A DNA stretch of 64,000 bases from the NCBI GenBank assembly GCA_964016885.1, contig OZ024746.1:100564001-100628000 (forward strand). Direction: 5' to 3'. A model generated the notes under the pieces. It worked only from the letters and a program-made list of their open reading frames with translations. It was not told where the DNA came from and did not search any database. Position numbers and translations under genes: made by a program. Origin of the DNA: Eledone cirrhosa (Eukaryota). Below are positions 26,095 through 38,069 of this stretch, piece by piece (the stretch's first letter is position 1; each line of letters starts with the position of its first letter).

Positions 26095-26522
26095 AATAAT
26101 AATAATAATTGTTTCTACTTCAGGCATAAGGCCAGCAATTCTGGGGGAGGTGAAAGTTGATTAAATTGACCCAGTACATTACTGGTACTTTATTTTATCA
26201 CCCGTAAGCGTGAAAGGCAAAGTTGAACAAGGAACGCAAAGGGCCGTAACTCTATGCTGCGAAGCAATGTGTCTGACGCTCTACCGATTCTGTCAATTCA
26301 CTGCCTAATAATAATTATTATTTCTACTTTTGGCACAAGGCCTGCAATTACCCCAGTGTATTACTGGTGTTTTATTTTATTGACTCCCGTAAGGATGAAA
26401 GGCAAAATTAGCCTCAGCAGGATTTGAACTCAGACCGTAAAGGGTCATAACTCTATGCTGCAAAGCATAATGTCTGATGCGCTACCGATACTGCCAATCC
26501 ACCGCCCTAATAATAATAATAA
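26095..26522 (-). mobile_element. Two tandem tRNA-derived SINEs embedded in (TAA)n
   Basis: Two complete head-core-tail copies separated and flanked by TAA repeats. Confidence 0.8.
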
Positions 26523-26589
26523 TTTTGGAAATCAGTATGGGGAACAGAAAAATCCCATAATGCAGAAAGGATAAAGAACATGGAAGAAA

Positions 26590-27140
26590 CATCATCTTCA
26601 CCATCATCATCATCATCAGTTAACGTCCATCTTCCACGCTAGCATGGGTTAGACGGTTTTGTTCCATTTGATGCGGGAATGCTCGGGAGACCGTGTCTCG
26701 CTCGTACAGAAGTGTCTCAGGCAGGTTTTCTACAGATGGATGCCCTTTCTAACACCAACCACTTTACAGTGTGGACTGGGAGCCTTTTTACCATGTCTCC
26801 TACACGACCACTTTACAGTGTGGACTGGGAGCTTTTTGTTGTGTCACAGACACAGTGGATGGGATAGGGTGTGTGCGGTGGGGTGTATATTGGGTTAAGA
26901 GGTGCCTACTGACTGTTGGTTTGTATGAAAGGGAAGGCAATTCTTCTGTACAACTGCATGGTGCCAAAGATCTCGATCCAGTGACATTGTTTTAGAGAGG
27001 TGTAAGTGGGTGAAGTCAGTTTTTATCACCTCGTCCCAGGTTTTTCTTGGTCTACCGACTCCATAGCTTCCATCAATTTTCATTGATCTGCACTTTTTTA
27101 TACAGCTGTCGTCTTTCATACGCATCACATGGCCAACATA
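26590..27140 (-). mobile_element. RTE 3' fragment plus RTE-tailed SINE
   Basis: GHVMRMKDDSCIKKC...GRPRKTWDEVIK; SINE motif and (GAT)n tail at 26590-26620. Confidence 0.75.
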
Positions 27141-28039
27141 CAATAATTTAGAAAGACAGACTTCTATGGAAGAAATGGAGTTGGCACTAAAGAAAGCCAA
27201 CAAATGGAAATTTCCTGGGGTTGAAGTGCCAAACTTCTGGTTATTTTCTCTAACTTCTACCCATGATATGTTGGTAAAATGTTATAACAAAATTATGCAT
27301 AATCCTGAGAAAACTCCTGGTTAGTTTGCACAGGGTATAACATATCTCCTGCCAACATCGACAGAAACGAATAACCTCCAAAATTCTCACCTCAATCTAG
27401 ACTGAGACAACCTACAAATTTATGGATCAAAATCACTTCTTTTCTATTGAGCAGAAATGGTGTCGCGGTGTGTCTTATCAGTGCAAAGACCAACTTCTCA
27501 TTAACCGTATGATTCCAGAAAACTGTCACAAAACGTATAGACATCAGAGTCCTGCTTGGATTGACTATTCGAAAGCATTTGACAGAGTTCCCCACTTATG
27601 GATTTTGAAAACTTTGGATGTTCTGAAGATTTTCCCCAGTAATATGAAACTTCCTGAAATACTATATGGAATACAAACTTATCATTGTCACACAGTGATG
27701 GAATTATAAATTACAACAGCATAAGTATTAACTGTAGTATTTTTCAGGGTGATTCATTTTCTCCTCTGATATTTTATATTGCTCTCACACTGCTGTCTTT
27801 AGCACTCAACTAAACAAAATATGGATACAAAATAGACACCAAAATAATAAATCAACTGTTTTATACTTGTAGCTGTATGACAGAAATGACAACGAATTGG
27901 AAGGATTGCCGAGGACAGTTAAGGTGTTCAGGGATGGAGTTTGGACTGGAAAAATACACCAAAGCAACATTCAAGAAAGGCAGAATGACAAACACAAACT
28001 CAATGGAAATAGATGGGAATTCAGTAATTAGGGAACTAG

Positions 28040-28456
28040 AACAGGAACAACCCTACATATATCTAGGGTTCAATGAAGGCCAAGGTATTTACCACACCAA
28101 CAGGAACAACCCTACAGATATCTAGGGTTCAATGAAGGCCAAGGTATTTACCACACCAACAGGAACAACCCTACAGATATCTAGGGTTCAATGAAGGCCA
28201 AGGTATTTACCACACCAACAGGAACAACCCTACAGATATCTAGGGTTCAATGAAGGCCAAGGTATTTACCACACCAACAGGAACAACCCTACAGATATCT
28301 AGGGTTCAATGAAGGCCAAGGTATTTACCACACCAACAGGAACAACCCTACAGATATCTAGGGACCAATGAAGGCCAAGGTATTTACCACACCAACAGGA
28401 ACAACCCTACAGATATCTAGGGTTCAATGAAGGCCAAGGTATTTACCACACCAACA
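28040..28456 (+). repeat. 59-bp tandem repeat, ~7 copies, inside the R4/Dong RT
   Basis: Unit AACAGGAACAACCCTACAGATATCTAGGGTTCAATGAAGGCCAAGGTATTTACCACACC, near-identical copies. Confidence 0.95.
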
Positions 28457-28889
28457 TGAAAGAGAGAATCAGGAAGGAATGCTACTAGAGAGTACATGCT
28501 ATTATCAAAACAGAGCTTAACCCAAGAAATAAATTATCTGCCATAAATGCACTTGCAATCCCAGTTATCACCTACAGTTTCAATATTATAAATTAGAACA
28601 TTAATGAAATTAAGAGAATTGACACCATAATCAGGGAATTTTTTATCTGTAATAGAACATATCACCCAACAGAAGATGTGGATCACCTCTGTCTCCCTAG
28701 ACAAAATGAGAGGAATGCTCCAGCCCAAGCTGTCATACAAGATATCGACTATTGGACTGAATCAGTACCTTAAAACCACAGATGACAGGATGATGAAAAT
28801 GGTTGCAGATCACGAAAGGAGGAAGAGGTTACATTCAGTCACAAAGGAAAGTAGGGAGTTTGCTGAAGAACTGGGAATACAGTTTGAAA

Positions 28890-29145
28890 ATAATTGTTTC
28901 TACTTTTGGCACAAGGCCAGCAATGTACTTTATTTTATCGACCCCGTAAGGATGAAAGGCAAAGTTAACCTCGGCGGGATTTGAACTCAGTCTGTAAAGG
29001 GACATAACTCTATGCTGGAAAGCATGGCGTCCGACTCTCTACCGATACAGTTTGAAAATAATTGTTTCTACTTTAGGCACAAGGCCAGCAATTACCCAGT
29101 GTATTACTGGTACTTTATTTTATCGACCCCGTAAGGATGAAAACA
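28890..29145 (-). mobile_element. tRNA-SINE insertion (tandem partial copies) in the R4/Dong element
   Basis: Host frame ...FE|NNSAIKATK resumes after the insert; the junction ATACAGTTTGAAAATAATTG occurs twice. Confidence 0.8.
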
Positions 29146-29934
29146 ATTCTGCTATTAAAGCCACAAAGAATATCAAAGTGTTGGCAAAATATGAAGGCCT
29201 ACAAAGACTCTGAACTAAATAGGAGCAAAAAGCACTGCATGGGTGGTATGTTCTCTGTAGCAAAGAACCTGATATAGATCAGTCCGTCACCCATCAGTGG
29301 CTGTGGAGTTCTGGGCTAAAGGCAGAGAGTGAAGGCTTCATTTTGGCTGCACAAGACCAATGTCTCCTAATGCACAACTTTCAAGCCAATGTGATCAGAA
29401 ATGGAACTGACCAAAAGTGTCAATTCTGTGATGAGCAAGTTGAAACCATTGACCAACTGGTTTCAGGCTGCAAAGCTCAGTAAATATAAAGAAAGATCTA
29501 TCAGTTGAAATTGAGAAAATATGGCATCTCAAGGCCTGTACAATACCAGTGATAGTAGGTGCACTTGAAATGATAAAAAAAAGGAGCTGCAAGAGATACA
29601 AAAAATATTGCTGACTGGTACTGCCCATGTCCTGAGAAGGGCATTATCAATTTAAAAACTTTGCAAAGACATTTACTGTTGTTTGTGCCGTTGTGGCATC
29701 ATTTGTGTGACAATTGATTGTAAAAGTGTGTATTATTAAATTTTACCTCGGGTGTCAGGTTGACACTCGGGTGTCAGGTTGACACTTGGGATGATTTGGA
29801 AAGAAGCAGAACTCAAAGGAATTTTTAAATTAAAAAAAAAATAATAATAATAATTGTTTCTACTTTTGGCACAAGACCAGCAAATACCCAGTGTATTACT
29901 GGTACTTTATTTTTTTTTTTAAATAATAATAATA

Positions 29935-30950
29935 ATGATTTCTTTATTTACCATAAAGAAAAACATTATGATGGCACAGGACAGAAACATAGTGTATGTA
30001 TATGTGTGTGTGTGTGGGGGGGGGGGGGGGTATGTGCGCGTGTGTGTATGTGTATATGTGTGTGGGTGTGTTGGTAAACAAATTTAACAATGTTAAAAAA
30101 GAAAGATAATAAAAATTAAAACAAAGGAGTTTCCTCAATAAGGAGGAGATGTTTGAAAGTAACTCATGGAAAAAACCTCATAAAACCATGGGTACCCTGA
30201 TCTCTAGGGTTAGTGCCATGTTCCAGTTGTTCTCAAATCTACAGGCTCATAGTCAGAGTAGGCCATGCTTGCCTCTCTCACCCACCTTTCAACTGATTTT
30301 CCTCTTCAAGTGAAACCTGAAAAATCAAGGCTTCGCCTAAGAGGAAAGTGTTTGTTTTCAAACCTTTCAAGCATGTCCACTATTGTACCTCATTTGCCAT
30401 GGCCACCAGACAGATAAAAACAGGCTGCCTTTCCTGACTAAAGGACGGTGGCAGGACAATCTTCAAAATGGACTCAGCTGATAGCCAGATTTGTCCCACA
30501 TGCGACAGCAGGTGTTCAACATAAACCCACAAATCAGCAATGCTCTGACATTGGACGATTGCATGCAGGATGGTTTCATTGCCCTGTGAACATCTCGGAC
30601 AGGCCCGGCTGATGGCACTTCCATGCCTGTAGAGTTTATCTCGAATTGGCAAAGCTCCTCAGTGCCATTACCATGCCAGGGATTTCTGGAAATCATCCAT
30701 GGGCCCTGGACTGAAAGTTCTACTGAAAAGAGTGACTAGTTGATTTTCATCAATGCCTAGAGTTTCCTCAAGAATGTTGTCACTTTCTTCTGCCACTAAT
30801 TCTCTATAGAAAGCCAAGTTGCAGTTTCCACCGACTATACTGCCTGATTGGCAGAGGGCTGTGAACACCTAAAGATATTTCAGTGTCCAAGATTTCTCCT
30901 TCGGTCTCTGCTTGACTAGGACTGCAGCTCCGTTTAGGGGACGAGCTGGG
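29935..30950 (-). mobile_element. 3' fragment of a Tx1/L1-clade LINE ORF2 plus 3' UTR
   Basis: DDFQKSLAW..LPIRDKL..CPRC...ETILHAIVQC (zf-RVT-type), FFRFHLKRK, ERWVR; terminus AAATAAAGAAATCA followed by (TTA)n. Confidence 0.8.
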
Positions 30951-30959
30951 GGAAAATGC

Positions 30960-31691
30960 GTCAATTTATCCCTCTTATACTCAGTTTTTCTCTCAACTCA
31001 TCTATGCTTGGTCATTCACACACATTGACATTGCACATCCAACGGAGCATGCTTGCTTCATTTCTCTCCAGCTGTTGCAGATTCTCCACAGTTGCTGCCC
31101 ATGTCTCACTACCATGCAGCATCATGCATCTCACACAGGCATCATATAACTGGCCTTTCGTTCGTAGGGAGAAACCCTTCATTGTAGCAGAGGAAGCAGC
31201 TCCCTAAACTTCTTGCAACCCATACTTTTTCTACATACTATGGCCTCGGAACACTCTCCTCCCTTGCTAATCTGATCACTTAGGTACCGGAAGCTATCAA
31301 CCACCTCTATAGATCCTACCTGCATTTGAAAAATGTGTCTATCACTTGGACTTCTACTGTCAAATTTCCATGATGGAATCAGAGCTTTGTCCACTTTTCT
31401 ACTTATCAACGCAAGGTTCACTCTCATTCCTCTTGATTCCAACTGCTGTTTCCATAGCCAGAATTTATTCTCTAGCTCTTCTACTGATTCTGATATAAGA
31501 ACCAGATTATCAGTATATAGGAGTTCCCAGGGGCAGCCAGTCTTAAACTCCTCTGTTATGGCTTGGGGGACAATAATGAACAAGAGAGGTACGAGGATCG
31601 AACCCTGATGTACTCATACTTGTGTCTAGAACTCCCCACTAAACTCCATTCCTACCATCACTTTACTGACAGCACATAGCTTGCACTGTCC
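30960..31691 (-). mobile_element. RTE-clade LINE fragment
   Basis: HQGSIL.PLLFII, EEFKTGCPWELLYTDNLVLI, FRYL, KFRELLPLL. Confidence 0.85.
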
Positions 31692-33249
31692 TATAGAGTA
31701 ATGTAAATGTTATGTGAGGTATTATGTGAGGTAAACCTTTACTGTGAAAATGCAATAGTATATATAGAGTAATGTAAATGTTATGTGAGGTATTATGTGA
31801 GGTAAACCTTTACTGTGAAAATGCAATAGTATATATAGAGTAATGTAAATGTTATGTGAGATATTATGTGAGGTAAAGCCTTTACTGTGAAAATACAATA
31901 GTATATATAGAGTAATGTAAATGTTATGTGAGGTTATATGTGAGGTAAAGCCTTTACTGTGAAAATACAATAGTATATATAGAGTAATGTAAATGTTATG
32001 TGAGATATTATGTGAGGTAAAGCCTTTACTGTGACAATACAATAGTATATATAGAGTAATATAAATGTTATGTGAGATATTATGTGAGGTAAACCTTTAC
32101 TGTGAAAATACAATGGTATTTATAGAGTAATGTAAATGTTATGTGAGGTAAAGCCTTTACTGTGAAAATACAATAGTATATATAGAGTAATGTAAATGTT
32201 ATGTGAGATATTATGTGAGGTAAAGCCTTTACTGTGAAAATACAATAGTATATATAGAGTAATGTAAATGTTATGTGAGATATTATGTGAGGTAAAACCT
32301 TTACTGTGAAAATACAATTGTATATATAGAGTAATGTAAATGTTATGTGAGATATTATGTGAGGTAAACCTTTACTGTGAAAATACAATGGTATTTATAG
32401 AGTAATGTAAATGTTATGTGAGGTTATATGTGAGGTAAAGCCTTTACTGTGAAAATACAATAGTATATATAGAGTAATGTAAATGTTATGTGAGATATTA
32501 TGTGAGGTAAAGCCTTTACTGTGAAAATACAATAGTATATATAGAGTAATGTAAATGTTATGTGAGATATTATGTGAGGTAAAACCTTTACTGTGAAAAT
32601 ACAATTGTATATATAGAGTAATGTAAATGTTATGTGAGATATTATGTGAGGTAAACCTTTACTGTGAAAATACAATGGTATTTATAGAGTAATGTAAATG
32701 TTATGTGAGGTTATATGTGAGGTAAAGCCTTTACTGTGAAAATACAATAGTATATATAGAGTAATGTAAATGTTATGTGAGATATTATGTGAGGTAAAGC
32801 CTTTACTGTGAAAATACAATAGTATATATAGAGTAATGTAAATGTTATGTGAGATATTATGTGAGGTAAACCTTTACTGTGAAAATACAATGGTATTTAT
32901 AGAGTAATGTAAATGTTATGTGAGATATTATGTGAGGTAAAGCCTTTACTGTGAAAATACAATAGTATATATAGAGTAATGTAAATGTTATGTGAGATAT
33001 TATGTGAGGTAAACCTTTACTGTGAAAGTATAATAGTATATATAGAGTAATGTAAATGTTGTGTGAGGTAAAGCCTTTACCGTGAAAATACAATAGTATA
33101 TATAGTGTAATGTAAATGTTATGTGAGATATGTGAGGTAAAGCCTTTACTGTGAAAATACAATTGTATTTATAGAGTAATGTAAATGTTATGTGAGATTT
33201 TATGTGAGGTAAAGCCTTTACTGTGAAAATACAATTGTATTTATAGAGT
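31692..33249 (-). repeat. 72-bp satellite (70- and 60-bp variants, ~22 units) derived from the TTAA-MITE left arm; left block
   Basis: Reverse complement of the unit is CATTTACATTACTCTATATATACTATTGTATTTTCACAGTAAAGGCTTTACCTCACATAATATC, matching the sub-terminal left part of the MITE copies. Confidence 0.95.
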
Positions 33250-35010
33250 GGTTTCTTTATTTGCCACTAGGGCACAAAAGGTAGGGACAGATACAAGGGG
33301 GGAAGTTTACATATAATTAACGAGTACAAAAATATAACAATGAAATAACAACAACAAACGAAGTCCTCAATAGGGAGGGGGCATTAACATGGGTCGCACA
33401 CACCCCGGAAAAAATGTGCAACCCTTCTCTTCAGGAGCACAAAGAGTAGGTGCTTCCCTCGTCTCCTCTTTTTCCTCTTCTTTCACCTACAGGCTGATAT
33501 AGAGAGAAGACCCATTCACTCTGGCCATTCTCCCTACTTTCACCCACCTTTCATAAAACTTGCTGGGGTAGAGCACCTCTCTCTCCATTCTGATCCTTTT
33601 TACAGGTTGGAAGGGTCCCCCCTCTTCGTCACTAGGTGCCGTTTCAGCTGGGTCCTCGTCCGTGCTGTCGGGTAGTGGTGTATTTTGGGGTTTTGTTGTG
33701 TTTGTGTGTGTTTTTGGAGTTGTTTTGGGTGGGGCCGTGTCTTGTGTTGTTTTTCCGTGTTGTTTTTGTTGTTGTGGTGGTGGTGGTGGTGGTGGCGGTG
33801 GTGGTGTGTGGGGTTTAGGCAAAAGAGCCCTTTTTTTGTCAATTGAGGACAGGCAGCCCTTAGATGACCCCTGCTTGAAAAGTAGTAACATATGGGCCTC
33901 CTACCCTCGGCTGAAATGTATATAAATGTTTCTCAATCGAGGGACACCCTCTGTGGTATTATAGCTATTCGTTCTGGTCTCATTTGGACCAGAACCTCCA
34001 CGCTCAAACCGCCGAAAACGTCTGTGGTGACTTCTCCTACTGAGAGGATTCCGTCCTCGTCTTCTAAAAATCCTGTTAGTACCCAGGAAATGCATGCATT
34101 TGGCCGGATTCCGGAGACTCTTATTTTCTGCGTTCTTTTCCCTAAATATGTGGGGAAAAATGTGTGTAGCTTGGAAACAATTGGCGCCACAGAGTATTTC
34201 CTGGCCGTCAATTGATCCTTTATTAGCACCGTTATATTCCCATAGAGTGGCCCTTTTTGTATGAACGATATATCACTCCACACATTTTTTAGGACCAGCT
34301 CAATTTCTTTTTGGGATAATTGAGCTGGTTTCCTTTTTATGTTGGAAATTGTTCTGAAAGATATCGTTCTTAGTGTCGTGTCTCTTTTGATTTCTTGTGG
34401 GGAGGTGAGTGTGAAGTCTCCTCCTTCTTTGAAAGTTACATACTGTTTTGCTTCCTTCATCTTTTCTCTCAGAGTTGTAATGTCCAGTTGCTTGCAGGTC
34501 TGTGTTTTCCGGACCGCCTGTGCAAAGGAGGCACCAGTAGTGGGTTCGCTTTGTTTGGTGTTATCGTTATTTTTTCCTTGGTTGGTGTTGTGACTATTGC
34601 TGTCATTGTTGTTTTTGTCTGCGTTTATGTGACTTTCTGGGTTTTCACCCATTTTTACAAATTTTTCTTTTAATTCCGTGTTCCATGTTTCTTTTGCAGA
34701 AGTGAGGAGGGAAGACTTAGAGCCTTGTGCTTCTAGCTTCTCTGTATCACCTTTCTTAGGGGGCGTGGCTTTCTCGTTAGGATGAGATGTGAAAATTCCG
34801 TCCATTTCTATTAGTTAATAAATTTTTAACTGGAAAATTCGCCCCAAAAAGGGGCGAAAATAAATAAACTCAAAGTTTGACGACCAAGGCAAGGGGTTAA
34901 TGTATATTACAGTATAAACAAATTTATCAAAACTCACTTTTGAGTAAGTAAATCCAACTCGGTAGCCGAGCTTGTTCACACACGTCAACACACGTCTCTC
35001 GTATACGAGA
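33250..35010 (-). mobile_element. Internally deleted Tx1/L1-like LINE: 5' UTR, ORF1 (gag-like), last ~35 codons of ORF2, 3' UTR
   Basis: ORF 34805-33933 continues past one TGA into GRRPICYYFSSRGHLRAACP (degenerate CCHC knuckle), then a Pro/Thr-rich tail joined at ~33600 to RIRMEREVL..ERWVKVGRMA..SL*, homologous to the ORF2 end at ~30240-30290. Terminus AAATAAAGAAACCAC. Confidence 0.75.
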
Positions 35011-35011
35011 T

Positions 35012-35377
35012 ATTTATGTGAGATATTATGTGAGGTAAAGTCTTTACTGTGAAAATACAATAGTATATATAGAGTAATGTAAATGTTTTGTGTGATATTA
35101 TGTGAGGTAAAGTCTTTACTGTGACAATATAATAGTATATATAGAGTAATGTAAATGTTATGTGTGATATTATGTGAGGTAAAGTCTTTACTGTGAAAAT
35201 ACAATAGTATATATAGAGTAATGTAAATGTTTTGTGTGATATTATGTGAGGTAAAGCCTTTACTGTGAAAATACAATAGTATATATAGAGTAATGTAAAT
35301 GTTATGTGAGGTAAAGCCTTTACTGTGACAATACAATAGTATATATAGAGTAATGTAAATGTTATGTGAGGTATTAT
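35012..35377 (-). repeat. 72-bp MITE-derived satellite, right block (~5 units)
   Basis: Same unit and orientation as 31692-33249, with private variants (GTAAAGTC, TTTTGTGTG). Confidence 0.95.
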
Positions 35378-36010
35378 ATGGCCGGTGCACAGGGGCAGTA
35401 AGTAGCAAGAACCCTCAGGATACAACCACCTTCAAATGCTCAGAGGGCTCGGTTGAAGTGGTAGATAATTTCTGTTACCTGGGTGACCAAAGCAGTAGAG
35501 GGGGAGGGTATTCCGAAAGCACAGTAACCAGAGTGAGGTCGGGTTGGAGAAAATTCAGGGAGCTACTACCATTACTAACTACAAAAGGTTTTTCTCTCAA
35601 AATGAACGGCAGACTGTATAATGCATGTATACAAACAACAATGTTGCACGGCAGCGAGACCTGGGCTCTTTGTGTAGGTGTAGAGTACCAGCTTAGATTG
35701 GAAAGAAATGAAGCCTCCCTGCTTCGCTGGATGTGCAATAGCAATATACGTGAACGGCAACGTATAAATACACTGTGTGAGAAATTAGGCTTAAGAGGGA
35801 TCAGCTGTTGCAGGAGAGGAGATTGCGTTGGTATGGAGTTGTGATGTGTATGAAGGATGACAATTGTATAATAAGGTGCAGACTGCACAAAGTCTGTGGT
35901 GTGGGCAGGCCTAGGAAGACTTGGGATGAGGTAATAAAAGCTGACCTTACACAATTATACCTCTCAAAGGCAATGACTCAGGACCACGACCTCTGGCAGT
36001 TTTACAGAAG
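35378..36010 (+). mobile_element. RTE-clade LINE 3' fragment
   Basis: FCYLGD, GWRKFRELLPLL, MLHGSETW, RRLRWYG, GRPRKTW. Confidence 0.9.
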
Positions 36011-36384
36011 ACACACCCTATATCATTCTCAGGATGAGGCTTATACCTAGTAGGCAACACCTTCCTTGACCTTCTATCTCCTCTCATTCACCTCCATTAG
36101 CAGTAACCATACCTTCCCCTACTACTCTGTCCACATTTACCCCAAGCTTCCTCCACCCTGATCTTTTTGTATACACAATACATAGGAAAACGGAAACAAA
36201 AAAAAACCAGATATTTTATTTATCTCGTTAACAAGTGTGCTAAACTTACGCAGCATATCTATTTGTTTACCTTTTGCTCTACTGTATGGATGGACAGAGA
36301 GAACAAATTTGCTATTGTGACACCCATGGATGAAGTGTGTGATAAAACTGGCCGATGTTCCAAAATAGAACATTGCCCAGAAAA

Positions 36385-37650
36385 TCGCATCGGCGTTTCT
36401 TTGAGGCTCAGCCTCCGGATCTGCGAGCCACACCAGTGTCGCCGCGGATCCACCGTGGACTCTTTCGGCCTCCATCCGCTTTCCTGTCGCCAAAGTGCCA
36501 GCCGCCTTACACGCCATGCTGCCCTCAACGAGGTCATAAAGCATGGCTTGGACGCTGCAGGTTTCACTTCCCAGCTCGAGCCGATGGGGCTGGACCGAGG
36601 AGACGGCAAAAGGCCAGATGACATGACCATCTTCCCATTCCACGGTGGCAAACCCTTCGTCTGGGATGCTACTTGCACTGACACTTTCTGCAGCCGCAAG
36701 CTGTTGCAGTCTGCGACTAACCCAGGTTCTACTGCACATCCGGCTGAGGAGGCCAAACTCCTCAAATACCGGTCACTCTCCGACAGATTTGCGGTGGTAC
36801 CCTTGGCAGTGGAGACTTCTGGTGTCCTTGGCTCTAGGGCTACCTGTAGCGAAATCTGTCCGCGCCTTGAACTTTGGGTGATACCTAAAGATCAAATTCT
36901 AGGTCACACATTTATTGTGTTAACAGGTAGACGCGTTGGCTGTCCCCTCAAGGTGGGGAACAGGAAGCGATAGTTATATAAAGCCTGTGCTATCATCCCA
37001 CTCAAGGAGATACATCGGAGCATTTACACCTATAACAAGCTATGTAAGGATTTACTGCTATTCAACAGACCCCATGAGGTCTACAGATACACCCAGAGCG
37101 ATTGGAACCCTACTACTACAGAACACAAATGTGGAAGATTCACCGCTGTCTGCAACCCTCGGTAGTTCAGTTACTACAGACCATTCAGAGATATACATAC
37201 CATATCTCTCAACTACTACCACGGACTCCAAATTCCAACAACAACAACAATTATCTATCGCTCGCTGTTTTCACACCAACAACAACAACAGACTACAACA
37301 GCCTCACATCAGAAACAATAACAACATTAACAACTCTTAGTAACTGTTTTATATGTACTTTTTAATTGATTCACGTGTAGTAAACTATATATAACCAAAT
37401 CATTTATTCTTAATATTCCTATATTCTTTATATTCTTATTATTACATCTAACAACTTTGTTATAAACATTTCTAATAACCACATATAATCATTCTAACTT
37501 TTTATTATACCCTTCGTTAAATACCTTCCTACTCACCATCATAGGCGCTGAGCTGGCCAGCTGTAGGTGTGAGACCAACGAGTTGGAGTGGCTTTTCCAG
37601 TGCGTCTCCCTTGCCGTCCTCCGGGAAAGTGCCTTCTCCATTCTGTCCGA
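36385..37650 (+). mobile_element. CRE-like non-LTR retrotransposon 3' part (restriction-like endonuclease), split by an insertion at 36845-37521
   Basis: C..H.C....D..G.H.LSC, RHAALN, KRPD.MT.FP...GK..VWDAT, K..KY, PLAVET.G; resumes at 37526 as ...EWLFQCVSLAVLR. Confidence 0.85.
36845..37521 (+). mobile_element. Solo-LTR-like insertion (677 bp) with 4-bp TSD TACC
   Basis: TACC|TGTAGCGAA ... TTCGTTAAA|TACC; TATA-like TATATAAA at ~36975; the empty site is visible in the paralogous fragment at ~25258. Confidence 0.8.
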
Positions 37651-38069
37651 AGTAATTGCCATTGGTGTTTCAGAAGACATAGCTGATCTTCAGGCATTTG
37701 CTGTCAGCTCATCCAAAGACCTAGGTTGTGCTTCCCCGAAGGGTGCTCTCTGCCTTGGCTGACCAGGTCCAAAACCCAGACTAATTAGGCTATCTTACTG
37801 AGGCATGTTCATACCATTTAGCCTCTGATAAAGCTAGGCATGAAAATTGGATTACCTTTCGAACATGTCCTGGCCTACCACTTGCTACGTGCTGCAGCTT
37901 CCTTAAATCGCAACCCAATACAACATGAAAGCTTCAGCCTGCATTATGATGGGAAGATATGGAAGTTTATTAAGGCTGGTAAAACATGGAAAAGAGATAC
38001 CAGCTGGTCTGAGCTCCCTGAACCCATAATAGCTGACAATGAAAAAACTGTGGCAAGCTGAATAAGAAC

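Larger units (their letters stand above)
27140..29840 (+). mobile_element. Degenerate R4/Dong-clade non-LTR retrotransposon
   Basis: PNFW, GITYLLP, CKDQLLIN, AWIDYSKAFDRVPHLWI, IFQGDSFSPL, GMEFGLEK, AINALAIPVITYSF, ESEGFILAAQDQ, CQFC..QVETIDQLVSGC, PVIVGAL; ends at an A-run/(TAA)n, the known Dong-type target. Confidence 0.85.

Noticed and set aside
31692-33249. Regular repeat arrays (also 28040, 42546, 57573) as CRISPR-like arrays
   Set aside because: Units are head-to-tail with no unique spacers, there are no cas genes, and the units trace to eukaryotic TEs.
36167-36973. 268-aa ORF as an intact nuclease gene
   Set aside because: Chimera: non-coding N-terminus, CRE-like endonuclease fragment, and a C-terminus read from the inserted LTR-like element.
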